Position numbers and translations under genes: made by a program. A stretch of DNA of 64,000 nt from Pyrinomonadaceae bacterium (lineage in GTDB: Bacteria; Acidobacteriota; Blastocatellia; Pyrinomonadales; Pyrinomonadaceae). Under the pieces are notes generated by a model that was not told the DNA's origin, made no database searches, and was given only the letters and a program-made list of their open reading frames with translations. This document shows positions 35,818-46,118 of the stretch, in pieces. The stretch lies in contig JBKBYA010000005.1 of the NCBI GenBank assembly GCA_046313635.1, forward strand, positions 169,529 to 233,528. The letters are read 5' to 3'. The stretch's first letter is position 1, and each line of letters begins with the position of its first letter.

Positions 35818-36891
35818 TCAATCTCTTGCAAGCTCCTCGATAATGTCGACCGTCGCCGCCGCCGCGTCGGCGCGGGCGAGCGAGCGGGCGGCGCGTTCCA
35901 TCGCGTCGATCCGCTGAGGCGAATCGGCCAGTTCCCCGATCGTGCGGGCGAGCCGCTCCGGCGAGAGTTCGGTCTGCGGGATCATCTCGGCCGCGCCGGC
36001 ATGCGCGAGCGCCTCGGCGTTCTTTCGCTGGTGGTCGTCGGCGGCCGTCGGCAGAGGGATCATGATCGCGGCCTTGCCGGCGGCGGTCAGCTCGGCGCAA
36101 GTCGTCGCGCCGGCGCGGCAGATGATCAGATCGGCCTTTTCAAATTCGCGGACGATGTCGGGAATGTACGGCCGCACATCGACGCCGTCCCAGCCGTGCG
36201 ACTCGTAGGCCTGCCGCACCCTTTCAAAGTCGGCCTCGCCGGTCTGATGGACGATCTCGAGACCGTGACGGCGCGCGTCGAGCTGATCGAGAGCCTGGAT
36301 CATCGCGTCATTTATCGCACGCGCTCCCTGCGAGCCGCCAAAGATCAAGATCGAGAGCCGCGACGTGCGCTGTTTGGGTGCGACGTTAAAAAACTCTTCG
36401 CGGACGGGATTGCCCGTCACGACGCCTTTTTTGCCAAAGAACGGCAGGGCTTCTTTAAAGGTCAACGCGGCCCGATCGACAAATCGCGCAAGCTGCCGGT
36501 TTGTAAAGCCCGGCAGCGCGTTCGAGTCCATAACGAGCGTCGGTATGCCCATGATGCAGGCCATCAGCAGCACGGGGCCCGAGACGTATCCGCCGGCGCC
36601 GACGACGACCGTCGGCCGAAATTCGCGCAGCAGACGCCGCGCTTCGACAAAGCTCTGCGGCAAAACGCTCAAGCCTTTGACCAGCCCCTTGGCGCCGACG
36701 CTCTTGAGCCCGGCGCTGTGGATCAGCGCCAATTGAAAGCCGTTCTCAGGCACGATGCGCGTCTCGAGCCCTCGTGCGGTGCCGACAAAGAGGATCTCGG
36801 ACGACGGATCGCGCCGCAAGAGTTCTTTTGCGACGGCGATGCCCGGATAAATATGTCCGCCGGTACCGCCGGCGGCGATCATCAGTTTCAT
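35818..36891 (-). CDS. murG: MurG glycosyltransferase
   Basis: [40 protein letters not shown]. Confidence 0.97.
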   Translation of the reverse strand: MKLMIAAGGTGGHIYPGIAVAKELLRRDPSSEILFVGTARGLETRIVPENGFQLALIHSAGLKSVGAKGLVKGLSVLPQSFVEARRLLREFRPTVVVGAGGYVSGPVLLMACIMGIPTLVMDSNALPGFTNRQLARFVDRAALTFKEALPFFGKKGVVTGNPVREEFFNVAPKQRTSRLSILIFGGSQGARAINDAMIQALDQLDARRHGLEIVHQTGEADFERVRQAYESHGWDGVDVRPYIPDIVREFEKADLIICRAGATTCAELTAAGKAAIMIPLPTAADDHQRKNAEALAHAGAAEMIPQTELSPERLARTIGELADSPQRIDAMERAARSLARADAAAATVDIIEELARD

Positions 36892-36895
36892 CTTT

Positions 36896-38083
36896 TCAAC
36901 GCGCCCCGGCGCGCGCCCTTCGGCGGTGAACGCTGCCGGCGGTCAGGATCTCGTCTGCTGCCCCCGCGTCGGAGGCGCGAGAGATGCTCAGCAGCAATCC
37001 GACCGCGAGCATCGTGATCACGACCGACGAGCCGCCGTATGAAATGAACGGCAGCGGGATGCCCTTTGCCGGCAAGATCGAGATCACGACGCTGATATTA
37101 AAAAGTGCCTGCACGATGATCCCGGTCACGAGGCCGATCCCGAGCAGGTTGCCGAAGCGGTCCGGCGCCTTCAACGCCGCACGCGCTCCGCGCCATAAAA
37201 GAACGGCAAAGGCGATCACGACGGCGAGCGTCCCTATCAGGCCGAGCTCTTCGCCGACGACGGCGAAGATAAAATCCGAATACGGGTACGGCAGGTAAAA
37301 GAGCTTTTGCTGTCCCTTGGCAAATCCCTCGCCGAGCACGCCGCCCGAGCCGACGGCGAGCAGCGCCTGGCAGACCTGATATCCGGCGTCGGCCGCGTGC
37401 TCCTTGTCGCACGGGTCGAGAAAGGCGACGAGCCGCCGCATCCGAAACGGCGCGAAGATCAGCATTCCAGTCAGACCGACGAGTCCCGCGGCGGCGACCG
37501 GCAGCAGATGCAGTATCCGGGCCCCGGCCGTGAAATACATCACGCCGAATACCGCGCAGAGCACCAGCGTCGTCCCGAGATCGGGCCCGAAGAGTACCGG
37601 CCCGCAGATCAGCGCCGTCACACCGATGCACGGCAGCACGGTCTCTCGCAGATCGCCGATCGTCCTTTCGTTGCGTGCGAGCAGATATGCGAGATAGAGC
37701 GGCAGAGTGATCTTGGCCAGCTCGGACGGCTGAAACGAGAAGCCGCCGAGTCGTATCCAGCGATGCGCTCCGTTGATCGCCGGAAAGAAGTAGACCGAGC
37801 AGACAAGTACAAACGTTACGGCGATGGCCGCGTACACCAGCACGCGACCTTGCAGCAGTCGATAATCGAATCGGCTCGCGACGAGCATGACGGCGAGGCC
37901 GACCACCATAAACGCGAACTGCTTGTAAAAATACGTCAGGTCCGACTGGTCGCCCGACTCTTTGAGCGCCATCATCGCCGACGCGCTGTAGACCATCACC
38001 GATCCAAACACGGCGAGGCCCGCCGCGACCGCGAAGAGCACCCAGTCCATCCTTTCCGAGTTGCCAAAAACTTTGCCGATCAC
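36896..38083 (-). CDS. ftsW: SEDS peptidoglycan glycosyltransferase FtsW
   Basis: RWIRLGGFSFQPSELAK, PDLGT, SDFIFAVVGEELG, GIPLPFISYGGSS. Confidence 0.95.
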   Translation of the reverse strand: MIGKVFGNSERMDWVLFAVAAGLAVFGSVMVYSASAMMALKESGDQSDLTYFYKQFAFMVVGLAVMLVASRFDYRLLQGRVLVYAAIAVTFVLVCSVYFFPAINGAHRWIRLGGFSFQPSELAKITLPLYLAYLLARNERTIGDLRETVLPCIGVTALICGPVLFGPDLGTTLVLCAVFGVMYFTAGARILHLLPVAAAGLVGLTGMLIFAPFRMRRLVAFLDPCDKEHAADAGYQVCQALLAVGSGGVLGEGFAKGQQKLFYLPYPYSDFIFAVVGEELGLIGTLAVVIAFAVLLWRGARAALKAPDRFGNLLGIGLVTGIIVQALFNISVVISILPAKGIPLPFISYGGSSVVITMLAVGLLLSISRASDAGAADEILTAGSVHRRRARAGAR

Positions 38084-39486
38084 AACTGCTTCGCCGCCCT
38101 TTCTGCCTCGGCCGCTCTCGCCGCCAATTCCCGGACCGAATCTTTGAAGACCCGCCCCCGCTCCTCAAAACTCCTGAACATATCAAAGCTCGCGCAGGCC
38201 GGTGCGAGCAGCACCGCGTCGCCCCGCTCGGCCGCCTCGAATGCACGCTCGACCGCGTCGCTTATCGTCGACGCGCGGACGATCGGCGCACGCCCCGCGA
38301 GCTGGCCCTGAATATTGTCGGCGTCCTCGCCGATCACGATCAGAGCCCGGACCGACGACTCGATCAGCTCGATCAGCGGCGCGTACGGCGCGTTCTTGCC
38401 CCGGCCGCCGATGATCAGGACCGTTTTTCCCGGCCCGTCCGACAATGCCTCGAGAGCCTTGGCCGCGGCATCGACGGACGTCGCCTTAGAGTCGTTATAA
38501 AAATCGACGCCGTCTATCTTCGCGACGAACTCGATCCGGTGCTCGACGCCGCCGAATGCCGCGATCGTCTCGCGCATCGACTCGGGCGACGCTCCGCACG
38601 CGAGGCCCGTCGCGATCGAGGCCAGAACGTTCTCGACGTTGTGCAGCCCGCGCAGCTTTATCTCGTCGCGTGTCGTGATGATCTCTTCGCGGCCGTTCGC
38701 CCGGCAGACGAGATCGCGGCCGCGAAGGAACAAGCCGTCGTCGAGCTCGCGGCGCACGCTGAATTTGACCACGTTCGCTCGCAGCCCGCGGCCCGCGGCC
38801 CACTCGGCCGTGACCTCGTTGTCGGCGCTGAGGATCGCGACGTCGTCGGGTGTCTGGTTCATAAAGAGCCTGTGCTTTGCCGCGGCGTAGTCGCTAAAGA
38901 GGTCGTATCGGTCCATGTGGTTGGGAGTGACGTTAAGGCAGATCGCGACGTTCGGACGCAGATCTTTGATCGTCTCAAGCTGAAAGCTCGACAGCTCGGC
39001 GACCGTCCAGCCGTCGTCGCGCGAGTCGGCGACGAGATCCAGCAGAGGCGTGCCGATATTGCCGCCGACGAGCACCGGGATCCCGGCGTTCCGCAGCAGC
39101 TCGCCGACGAGCGTGGTCGTCGTTGTCTTGCCGTTGGAGCCTGTTATGCCGACCAGGCGGCCTCGCAAAAAGCGATAAGCCAATTCGGCCTCGCCGATCA
39201 CCTCGCCGTCCTTGCGGTCGACGTAGCGTGCGGGAATGGTATTTGTCGGCACGCCCGGCGAGATCACGACGAGGTCGATCTGATCGAGCAGCCATGACGG
39301 GAGCTGTCCCGAGACGAGGCCGACGCGGTGAGTGTCTTTAAGTGCTCGTGCCGCCTCGCTCCATTCCTCGACCGGGCGCTTGTCGTGCAGCGCGACCGCG
39401 GCACCGCGCTCGGCCAAAAATCTTGCCGAGGCAGTTCCTGATTTCCCCGCACCGAGGACGAGAGCTTTCCTGCCTTCGATCTGCAT
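38080..39486 (-). CDS. murD: UDP-MurNAc-L-Ala--D-glutamate ligase
   Basis: ITGSNGKTTT, GGNIG, ELSSFQLE, HRIEF, YNDSKAT, LAPACASFDMF. Confidence 0.96.
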   Translation of the reverse strand: MQIEGRKALVLGAGKSGTASARFLAERGAAVALHDKRPVEEWSEAARALKDTHRVGLVSGQLPSWLLDQIDLVVISPGVPTNTIPARYVDRKDGEVIGEAELAYRFLRGRLVGITGSNGKTTTTTLVGELLRNAGIPVLVGGNIGTPLLDLVADSRDDGWTVAELSSFQLETIKDLRPNVAICLNVTPNHMDRYDLFSDYAAAKHRLFMNQTPDDVAILSADNEVTAEWAAGRGLRANVVKFSVRRELDDGLFLRGRDLVCRANGREEIITTRDEIKLRGLHNVENVLASIATGLACGASPESMRETIAAFGGVEHRIEFVAKIDGVDFYNDSKATSVDAAAKALEALSDGPGKTVLIIGGRGKNAPYAPLIELIESSVRALIVIGEDADNIQGQLAGRAPIVRASTISDAVERAFEAAERGDAVLLAPACASFDMFRSFEERGRVFKDSVRELAARAAEAERAAKQL

Positions 39487-40628
39487 TAACGCAACTTGAG
39501 GGTCGAGAGACTTAACAGCGCGAAGAGTATCGCGACGATGACAAACCTAAAGACTATCTTCGGCTCCTTCCAGCCCGAGAGTTGGAAGTGATGATGCAAA
39601 GGGGCCTGCCTGAAGATACGCTTGCCGGCACCGGTGCTCCGCTTTGTGAATTTGAAGTACGAGACCTGCATCATCACCGAGAGAGCCTCGAGGATAAATA
39701 CGCCTCCGATGAACGGCAGCAAAAATTCCTGCTTCGTGAGTATCGCGACCGTGCCCAGCGCACCGCCGATCGCGAGCGAGCCGACGTCGCCCATAAAGAC
39801 CTCGGCCGGCGGCGCGTTGTACCACAGAAAGCCAAGGCTCGCGCCGACCATCGCCCCGCAAAATACCGTCAGCTCCGACGCCGCCGGATTATGCGTGATG
39901 TCGAGCCGCTCCGACCATCGGGCGTCGCTCGCGACGTAGCAAAGTCCGGTCAGCGCGGCCATCGCGATAAACGTCACGCTCGACGCGAGACCGTCGAGAC
40001 CGTCTGTAAGATTTACGGCGTTTGTCGAGCCGAGCAGGACAAAGACGATGAAGATCAGGTACATCCAGGGGAAGATGTACGTCGGCCCGAACGGGTCGGC
40101 CGTCGATTTAAAGAAAGGAATGCTCAGATTCCACGGGTAGTTTCCCCACTGCCACAGCACAAACCAGACGCCGACGGCCGTGACGAGCTGAAAGATGAGC
40201 TTTTGCCGGCCCGTAAGCCCGAGGCTGCGTTTCTTTACGATCTTGATGTAATCGTCGGCAAACCCGACCGCCGCGAATGCGGTCGTCGCGACCAGCGCGA
40301 TCCAGAGATAGAGATTGTCGAGACGCGCCCAGAGGAGCGTCGAGAGGATGACGGCGCCGATGATGAGCACGCCGCCCATCGTCGGCGTTCCCTTCTTTGC
40401 CTGGTGATCGGCAGAGAGCTCCTCGCGTATCTCCTGCCCGACCTTGAGGTCGCGCAGCTTGCGGATCACCTTGCCGCCGAGGAGCAGCGAGATCAGCAGC
40501 GCGGTGATCGCCGACATCGCCGTGCGAAAGGTCACGTACTGTATGACGTTCAGGCCGCGGACGAATACCGACTCGGTGACGCGAGCGTACTCCTGAAAGA
40601 TGATCTGATAGAGAAGGTAATAAAGCAT
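39486..40628 (-). CDS. mraY: Phospho-MurNAc-pentapeptide transferase
   Basis: [42 protein letters not shown]. Confidence 0.97.
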   Translation of the reverse strand: MLYYLLYQIIFQEYARVTESVFVRGLNVIQYVTFRTAMSAITALLISLLLGGKVIRKLRDLKVGQEIREELSADHQAKKGTPTMGGVLIIGAVILSTLLWARLDNLYLWIALVATTAFAAVGFADDYIKIVKKRSLGLTGRQKLIFQLVTAVGVWFVLWQWGNYPWNLSIPFFKSTADPFGPTYIFPWMYLIFIVFVLLGSTNAVNLTDGLDGLASSVTFIAMAALTGLCYVASDARWSERLDITHNPAASELTVFCGAMVGASLGFLWYNAPPAEVFMGDVGSLAIGGALGTVAILTKQEFLLPFIGGVFILEALSVMMQVSYFKFTKRSTGAGKRIFRQAPLHHHFQLSGWKEPKIVFRFVIVAILFALLSLSTLKLR

Positions 40629-40639
40629 CGGCCGAAATT

Positions 40640-40667
40640 ATTGTAGGTCTCGCGGGTCGCACGTCAA
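40640..40667 (-). promoter_or_regulatory. Candidate internal sigma70 promoter for mraY
   Basis: Minus strand TTGACG-N16-TACAAT, 11 nt before the mraY ATG. Confidence 0.5.
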
Positions 40668-40687
40668 CACGTCGAGTCGAGATCGGA

Positions 40688-42160
40688 TCAGGCCGCGGCG
40701 TGATGCGGGCCCTCGAGTTCGAAATCGGCAAGGAGCCGCTCGATCACCCTCTCGGTCCGCACGCCGCGCGATCCCTTTACGAGTACGACGTCGCCCGGCC
40801 GGACCAGCTCTGCGGCACGGATCGCGGCCGCGTCAGAGTCCTCCGCAAACTCGGCCGCAGCGAGCCCGGCCTCTCGAGCTCCCTCGACAAGCTCGCTGGC
40901 AAAGCCCCGCACGCCGATCAGTATGTCGATACCTCTCGCCGCGGCCTCGCGCCCCGTCGCACGATGCACGCCGGCGGCCTCTGGCCCGAGTTCGAGCATC
41001 TCGCCCGCGATGACGATGCGCCGCGACGCATTTGCCGAACCCTCGACAAGCGTGTCGACCATCGACAGGAGCGCGTCCGGATTGGAGTTGTACGAGTCGT
41101 TGATCACCGTAAAGCCCGCTGCGAATCGCAGCACCTCGCCGCGCTGCGGCGGCGGCTCGACCGCCGACAGCGACGCCGCGATCTCACCGACCGACATCCC
41201 AAAGACCGAAGCCGCCGCACCGGCCGCGAGAGCGTTCATAATGTTGTGCCGCCCGTTGAGCGGAAAGACCACGCTTGCCGTCTCGCCAAACATCGACAGC
41301 TCAAAACGCGTCTCGCCAAACCGTTCAAAGCTGATCTCACGCGCCGTCACGTCCGCCTCGCGGCCGAGGCCGTACGTGATCACCGGGCCAACCGTAAGCT
41401 CGGCCATCGCCATCACGCGATCGTCGTCGGCGTTGAGGACGGCCGTGCCGCCCGGCTTCAGCCCCTCGACGAGCTCGGCCTTGGCCTTTTGAATATTCTC
41501 GATCGTGCCGAGATGTTCGAGATGCACGGGCAGAACGTTAAGCTCGACCGCGACGTCCGGCGGCGTGATGCTCGTGAGCTTTCGGATCTCGTTCATCGGC
41601 GTCGACATTCCCATCTCGAGAACGGCGGCGTCGTACGACGCGTCCTTCAAGAGCTTGAGCACCGTCAGAGGCAGGCCGAGACCGTTGTTGAAATTCTTGA
41701 CGTTCTTTAAGACCTTGAGGCCGTGCGAAGCGATAAGATGCGCCGTCAGCTCTTTGGCAGAGGTCTTGCCGGCACTGCCGGTGATGCCGACAACCGGCTT
41801 GTTCCACGAGCGGTAGACGGCGGCGGCCAGACGCTGAAAGGCCGCGATGCAGTCGTCGACCAAGATCAGTCTCGACCGATGATCTCTCAGCCCGGCTTCG
41901 TGCTCGGCGTAGCGGTCGCGTCGGACGACCGCCGCCGCGGCGCCATTCTCCAGCGCCGCGACGACATATTTCGTCGCGTCCTCAAACTCGCCGTTAAATC
42001 CATTGTTGCGATAGTCCGGCTGAGACAACGCAAAAAAGACATCGCCCGCCTGCACGTCGCGGGAGTCGATCACAAAATCGGAAACCTCCGTTGCGTGCAG
42101 AGCGGGATCGAGGTCGGGCGCCTCGGCGCCCATCGAATTGATTGCTGTCTCTAGTTTCAC
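40688..42160 (-). CDS. murF: UDP-MurNAc-tripeptide--D-Ala-D-Ala ligase
   Basis: ITGSAGKTSAKE, NFNNGLGLP, VLEMGM, DSYNSNP, GEMLELG, VKGSRG; GTG start overlaps the ftsI stop. Confidence 0.94.
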   Translation of the reverse strand: MKLETAINSMGAEAPDLDPALHATEVSDFVIDSRDVQAGDVFFALSQPDYRNNGFNGEFEDATKYVVAALENGAAAAVVRRDRYAEHEAGLRDHRSRLILVDDCIAAFQRLAAAVYRSWNKPVVGITGSAGKTSAKELTAHLIASHGLKVLKNVKNFNNGLGLPLTVLKLLKDASYDAAVLEMGMSTPMNEIRKLTSITPPDVAVELNVLPVHLEHLGTIENIQKAKAELVEGLKPGGTAVLNADDDRVMAMAELTVGPVITYGLGREADVTAREISFERFGETRFELSMFGETASVVFPLNGRHNIMNALAAGAAASVFGMSVGEIAASLSAVEPPPQRGEVLRFAAGFTVINDSYNSNPDALLSMVDTLVEGSANASRRIVIAGEMLELGPEAAGVHRATGREAAARGIDILIGVRGFASELVEGAREAGLAAAEFAEDSDAAAIRAAELVRPGDVVLVKGSRGVRTERVIERLLADFELEGPHHAAA

Positions 42161-44166
42161 GTTCTGAGTCGGGTCACCCAAATCTCCCGCTGTCCGAACT
42201 TGCCGACGCGCGCCCGTCCGGCCCGCAACGGCACTTTGAATGCGGCCCCGGCCGCCCTTAGCTTTTCAACGCTGCGCGAAGGCTTTTGCTTCGGCCCAAC
42301 CCTGCGTGTCGGCGGGACCTCGGCGTCCGGAGCCGGCGCCGCGTCGCTGTCCGGCACATCCGGCATTTCAGGCAGCGGCTCCTGCGCGGTCATCGAGTCG
42401 CCTTTCGGCGCCATATCGGGAGCGACGCCCATTTCGCGAAGGATATTCTGCGCGGCCTGGTTAAAGATCGGAGCGGCTACACCGCCGCCGTCTCGTGCTC
42501 CGGTCTTCGGCTCGTCGACGACCACCGCGATGACGATCCTTGGGTCGTCGTATGGCGCAAAACCGACGAACGACGAGGTGTACTTGCCGGGATCGACACG
42601 CTTGGTCACCGAGTTGAACTTCCACGCCGTGCCGGTCTTGCCGGCCGACGAGTAGCCGTCGAGCTGCGCCCGCTTTCCGGTGCCGGAGAGCACGACCTCG
42701 CGCAGCATTACCTTTAAGGAGGCAGCCGCCTCGGGCGACAAGATCTGCTCCTGCTGCGGCTCGGTCGCCGAGACGACACTGCCGTCCGCGTCCCTGATTT
42801 CCTTGATTATATGCGGCTTGGTACGGACACCGTCATTGGCTATCGTCGCAAAAGCATTTGCCATTTGCAACGCGGTCACGCCTATTTCATAACCGATGGA
42901 CATCGACGCCTGGGAGTCGCCGTTCCAACGCTCTGGCGATCGTACGAGACCGCGGGTTTCGGCCGGCAATTCGATGCCGGTGCGCTCGCCGAAGCCCATC
43001 TTTTTGAGCATCGCAAAGAAGTCCGTTCGCCCGACCCGAAGGCTGGTCTTGATGGCGCACACGTTGCTCGAGTGCGCCATCGCTTCGGCATAGGTCACGC
43101 GCCCGACGTGATGCGAATCGCGAAAGACATGCCCGGCGACGTCGATCGAGCCGCCGCCCGCGTCGATCATGTCCTCGGGACGAAATAGCTTTTTCTCGAG
43201 CGCCGCCGCGTAGGTTATCGCCTTGAATACAGATCCCGGGGTGTAGACGCTCTGCACCGCGTGATTAGACAGGTCTGCCCCGTCCGCCGGCGTTTCATTC
43301 GGGTCGTAGGTCGGGTAGTTAGACATTGCGAGGATCGCGCCCGTACGCGGATCGATCGCGATCGCCATTCCGGAATGTGCGTTGGCGGCCTTGACGCCGT
43401 TTGCAAGGGCCTCGTCGACGAAATACTGGATCGTTGAGTCGATCGTCAGGACGACGTCCTTTGGCTCCTCGGGCATAACGATGGTCTCTTCAAAGACCCG
43501 GCCCGTCCGATCGCGATTGAGGAACTGCTTCATCGTCGCGCCGCGAAGAATGGCGTCCTGCGACCGCTCGACGCCGGCGACGCCCTGGTCCTCATTGTTC
43601 GCGGTGCCGATCACAGCGGCGGCGAGACGCCCTTTTGGGTAGCTGCGCTTTTGCTCGTCGGCCCAGTGCAGGCCTGCGAAGCGCGGCTCGTCGGCCTTTT
43701 TCGCCTGCGGATCGTAGAGTGCCTTGTTGAGCTTGTCGACGAGTTCCTTTTCGGCCTTTTTGACAAGCGGAAGGTATCGCTTGCCCGACTCTCGGGCCTC
43801 GGCGATCTGCCGGGCGAGAGACTTTTCATTGTGTCCGACGGCCTTTGCGATAAGCTTCGCCGCCTGTGGAATGTCCTCGATCTCGGCCGGATCGACGTAG
43901 AGCGTCCTGACGGGGACGCTCATCGCAAGAATGTTGCCGTTCCGATCAAAGATCGATCCGCGCGGGAGCTTTGACTTTTTTACGTCGACACGCTGGTCGA
44001 TCGCCCGGGCAAGATAGTACTCATGCTCGTTGACCTGCAGATGCACGAGCCGCACGCCGATGCAGCCCATCCAAATGACCAACAGGGCGATGACAAACGT
44101 GAACCTTGTGAATAGAACCCTTCGATGATCGGCGACCTTACGAACCTTCTTTCTTGTCCTGGCCAT
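42157..44166 (-). CDS. ftsI: Penicillin-binding protein FtsI (PBP3)
   Basis: Start MARTRKK at 44166; RGSIFDRNG, PGSVFK (SxxK), SSN, KTGT. Confidence 0.93.
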   Translation of the reverse strand: MARTRKKVRKVADHRRVLFTRFTFVIALLVIWMGCIGVRLVHLQVNEHEYYLARAIDQRVDVKKSKLPRGSIFDRNGNILAMSVPVRTLYVDPAEIEDIPQAAKLIAKAVGHNEKSLARQIAEARESGKRYLPLVKKAEKELVDKLNKALYDPQAKKADEPRFAGLHWADEQKRSYPKGRLAAAVIGTANNEDQGVAGVERSQDAILRGATMKQFLNRDRTGRVFEETIVMPEEPKDVVLTIDSTIQYFVDEALANGVKAANAHSGMAIAIDPRTGAILAMSNYPTYDPNETPADGADLSNHAVQSVYTPGSVFKAITYAAALEKKLFRPEDMIDAGGGSIDVAGHVFRDSHHVGRVTYAEAMAHSSNVCAIKTSLRVGRTDFFAMLKKMGFGERTGIELPAETRGLVRSPERWNGDSQASMSIGYEIGVTALQMANAFATIANDGVRTKPHIIKEIRDADGSVVSATEPQQEQILSPEAAASLKVMLREVVLSGTGKRAQLDGYSSAGKTGTAWKFNSVTKRVDPGKYTSSFVGFAPYDDPRIVIAVVVDEPKTGARDGGGVAAPIFNQAAQNILREMGVAPDMAPKGDSMTAQEPLPEMPDVPDSDAAPAPDAEVPPTRRVGPKQKPSRSVEKLRAAGAAFKVPLRAGRARVGKFGQREIWVTRLRT

Positions 44167-44203
44167 TTCGCTTGGTTCCTCGATGAGCTGAGATGCTGTC
44201 GAT

Positions 44204-44722
44204 CTACGTACGGTCGCGGCGCGGTCTTGCAGCCGGAAGAGATGCCTGGCGGTCGGGCCGCGCACCGCGAACGACAGGCTGCACGAGGGCGGTCGGCACG
44301 ACCTTGCGCGACGGCTCGGCCGCGCCCGAACGCACCGTCTCTGCAGCTCGGACCGCGATCCGCTGGACAGCCGGACCGGCACCGCTCGACGAGGCGACGG
44401 CGCGATCTGCGGCCGCGGGCGGCGTATCGACAAACTTGATCTTGAGCGCGGCCTTGCGTATCTCGGCCGGCGAAGACGCCGTCTCGCGGCTCAGGAGCAG
44501 GCGGCGCTTCTCTGCCTGCAGCTCGTCAAGCTGGCGGCGAAGCCTTGAATTCTTGTGCGCGAATTCCATCGAGTTGAAATGCTGCCGGGCGGCCAGGAAG
44601 AATCCTGCAACAAGGACGCAGCATGCGAGTGCCGCGACGGCGTAGTATGTGAGATCGGGTGACGGGTTGGGAGAGGTTCGGGCGATAGCGCCCTGCCGGC
44701 GCTCACCACGCGTTCTATTCAT
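44204..44722 (-). CDS. ftsL: FtsL-like cell division protein
   Basis: One TM then leucine-zipper coiled coil ending SPAEIRKAA; sits between rsmH and ftsI. Confidence 0.7.
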   Translation of the reverse strand: MNRTRGERRQGAIARTSPNPSPDLTYYAVAALACCVLVAGFFLAARQHFNSMEFAHKNSRLRRQLDELQAEKRRLLLSRETASSPAEIRKAALKIKFVDTPPAAADRAVASSSGAGPAVQRIAVRAAETVRSGAAEPSRKVVPTALVQPVVRGARPDRQASLPAARPRRDRT

Positions 44723-44752
44723 TGCTTGTATCCTCCGGGAATCGTGTCAGTG

Positions 44753-45709
44753 CTATTCAGCCAGTTTCCTGCAGGCCCGCAGCTTGGCGCTCCGTGACCG
44801 AGGGTTCTCTTCAATCTCTTTTTCGGACGGAAGGATGGGCTTCCGGGTCAGTACTTCAACTTTTTTCGCGGCTCCGCACGTGCAGACCGGCTGACGCGGA
44901 GGGCAGATGCATTTGCCTGCAAGACGCTGCATCGTGTGCTTGACTATACGGTCCTCGAGCGAGTGAAACGTTATCACCGCGAGGCGTCCGCCGGGCCTTA
45001 AGCTTTCGACTGCGTCGACGATAAAAGGCCCGAGAATGTCGAGCTCTCGATTGACCGCGATCCGCAGCGCCTGAAAGGTCCTCGTCGCGGGATGTATGCG
45101 GTCTCGCGTGTCGCGTCCGATCGCCCGTTCGACGAGGTTTGCGAGGTCCATCGTCGTCGTGACCGGCCGCCCTTCGTCGCGGCGCTGGACGATCCAGCGG
45201 GCGATCTTGCGCGACCTTCGCTCTTCGCCGTAGCGATAGATGATATCGGCGATCTGCTCCTCGGAGAGCTCGGCAAGCAGGTCGGCGGCGGTCGGCAGAT
45301 CGGAGTCGCGGTCCATACGCATATCGAGCGGAGCGTCCGTGCGAAAGCTGAAGCCGCGTTCGCCCTCGTCAAACTGCATCGACGAAACCCCGAGGTCGGC
45401 GACGACGGCGTCGACGCGTTCATGACCGAGATCGCGGATGACGCTCTTCAGTTCGGAAAAGTTCGTCCGGACGGCGACGAACCGACTGCCGAATCTCTCG
45501 AGCCTTTGGCCCGCGAGACCGATCGCGACCTCGTCCTGGTCGAGGCCGATCACGCTCGCGGCCGGCTGGCTCTCGAGCACGGCTTCGGCGTGGCCGCCAA
45601 GACCGAGCGTCGCGTCAACGATCACCTCGTCCGGCCGCGGGGCGACGATCGCGACGACCTCGTCAAGGAGGACCGACCGGTGGAGGCCGCTTTTCTCAAA
45701 TCCCGACAT
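44753..45709 (-). CDS. rsmH: 16S rRNA m4C1402 methyltransferase
   Basis: HRSVLL, DATLGLGGH, DLGVSSMQ, RGFSF, LDMRMD, FQALRIAVN, ITFHSLEDR, NPRSRSAKLR. Confidence 0.97.
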   Translation of the reverse strand: MSGFEKSGLHRSVLLDEVVAIVAPRPDEVIVDATLGLGGHAEAVLESQPAASVIGLDQDEVAIGLAGQRLERFGSRFVAVRTNFSELKSVIRDLGHERVDAVVADLGVSSMQFDEGERGFSFRTDAPLDMRMDRDSDLPTAADLLAELSEEQIADIIYRYGEERRSRKIARWIVQRRDEGRPVTTTMDLANLVERAIGRDTRDRIHPATRTFQALRIAVNRELDILGPFIVDAVESLRPGGRLAVITFHSLEDRIVKHTMQRLAGKCICPPRQPVCTCGAAKKVEVLTRKPILPSEKEIEENPRSRSAKLRACRKLAE

Positions 45710-45958
45710 CTTCAAAGAACCGATCGTTTTTTCAACGTGAAGGGTAGGCCGGTCGTCTCCCGGAGCGCTCGAGCGCCGCCGAAAACGCTTCGCCGACGAA
45801 AGATGATGATCGCTCGCCGACGTAAAACCCGCTTGACCTTTACTGCTTGTTTTGTGAACTGAGTTTTCCGGGAAAAGTGCTTAATGAGTTAAACACTTCA
45901 TTAGAAATCCGACCGGCACCCGACTGACCCTTGTGGCCGTTTCCTAACGACAGAAGCA

Positions 45959-45987
45959 ATACTACGCCCGACGCGCGAGGCTGTCAA
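45959..45987 (-). promoter_or_regulatory. Sigma70 promoter of the dcw cluster
   Basis: Minus strand TTGACA-N17-TAGTAT. Confidence 0.75.
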
Positions 45988-46118
45988 GAGATTATTTGGA
46001 AGGCTTCGATTAATCACGTGTTTAAGCGATCTGCCCATCCTCGGCCGCTCAGGAACGCGTCCGACCGGTCGTTTCTGTTTCGCTTCCGGTTGGGTTAAAG
46101 TTAGGAATTCCTGAATTT

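Noticed and set aside
35816..36100. N-terminal extensions on ORF-track calls (murC; also ftsI, pilT, ligase, M20, rimO)
   Set aside because: They overlap neighbouring genes or promoters; downstream starts fit the family N-termini better
40688..42160. MurE or a MurE-MurF fusion
   Set aside because: Single-ligase length with MurF-specific motifs (EMGM, DSYNSNP, GEMLELG, KGSRG)
46010..46025. CtrA-like TTAA-N7-TTAA box upstream of the dcw promoter
   Set aside because: Spacing is N8 and the lineage is not alphaproteobacterial
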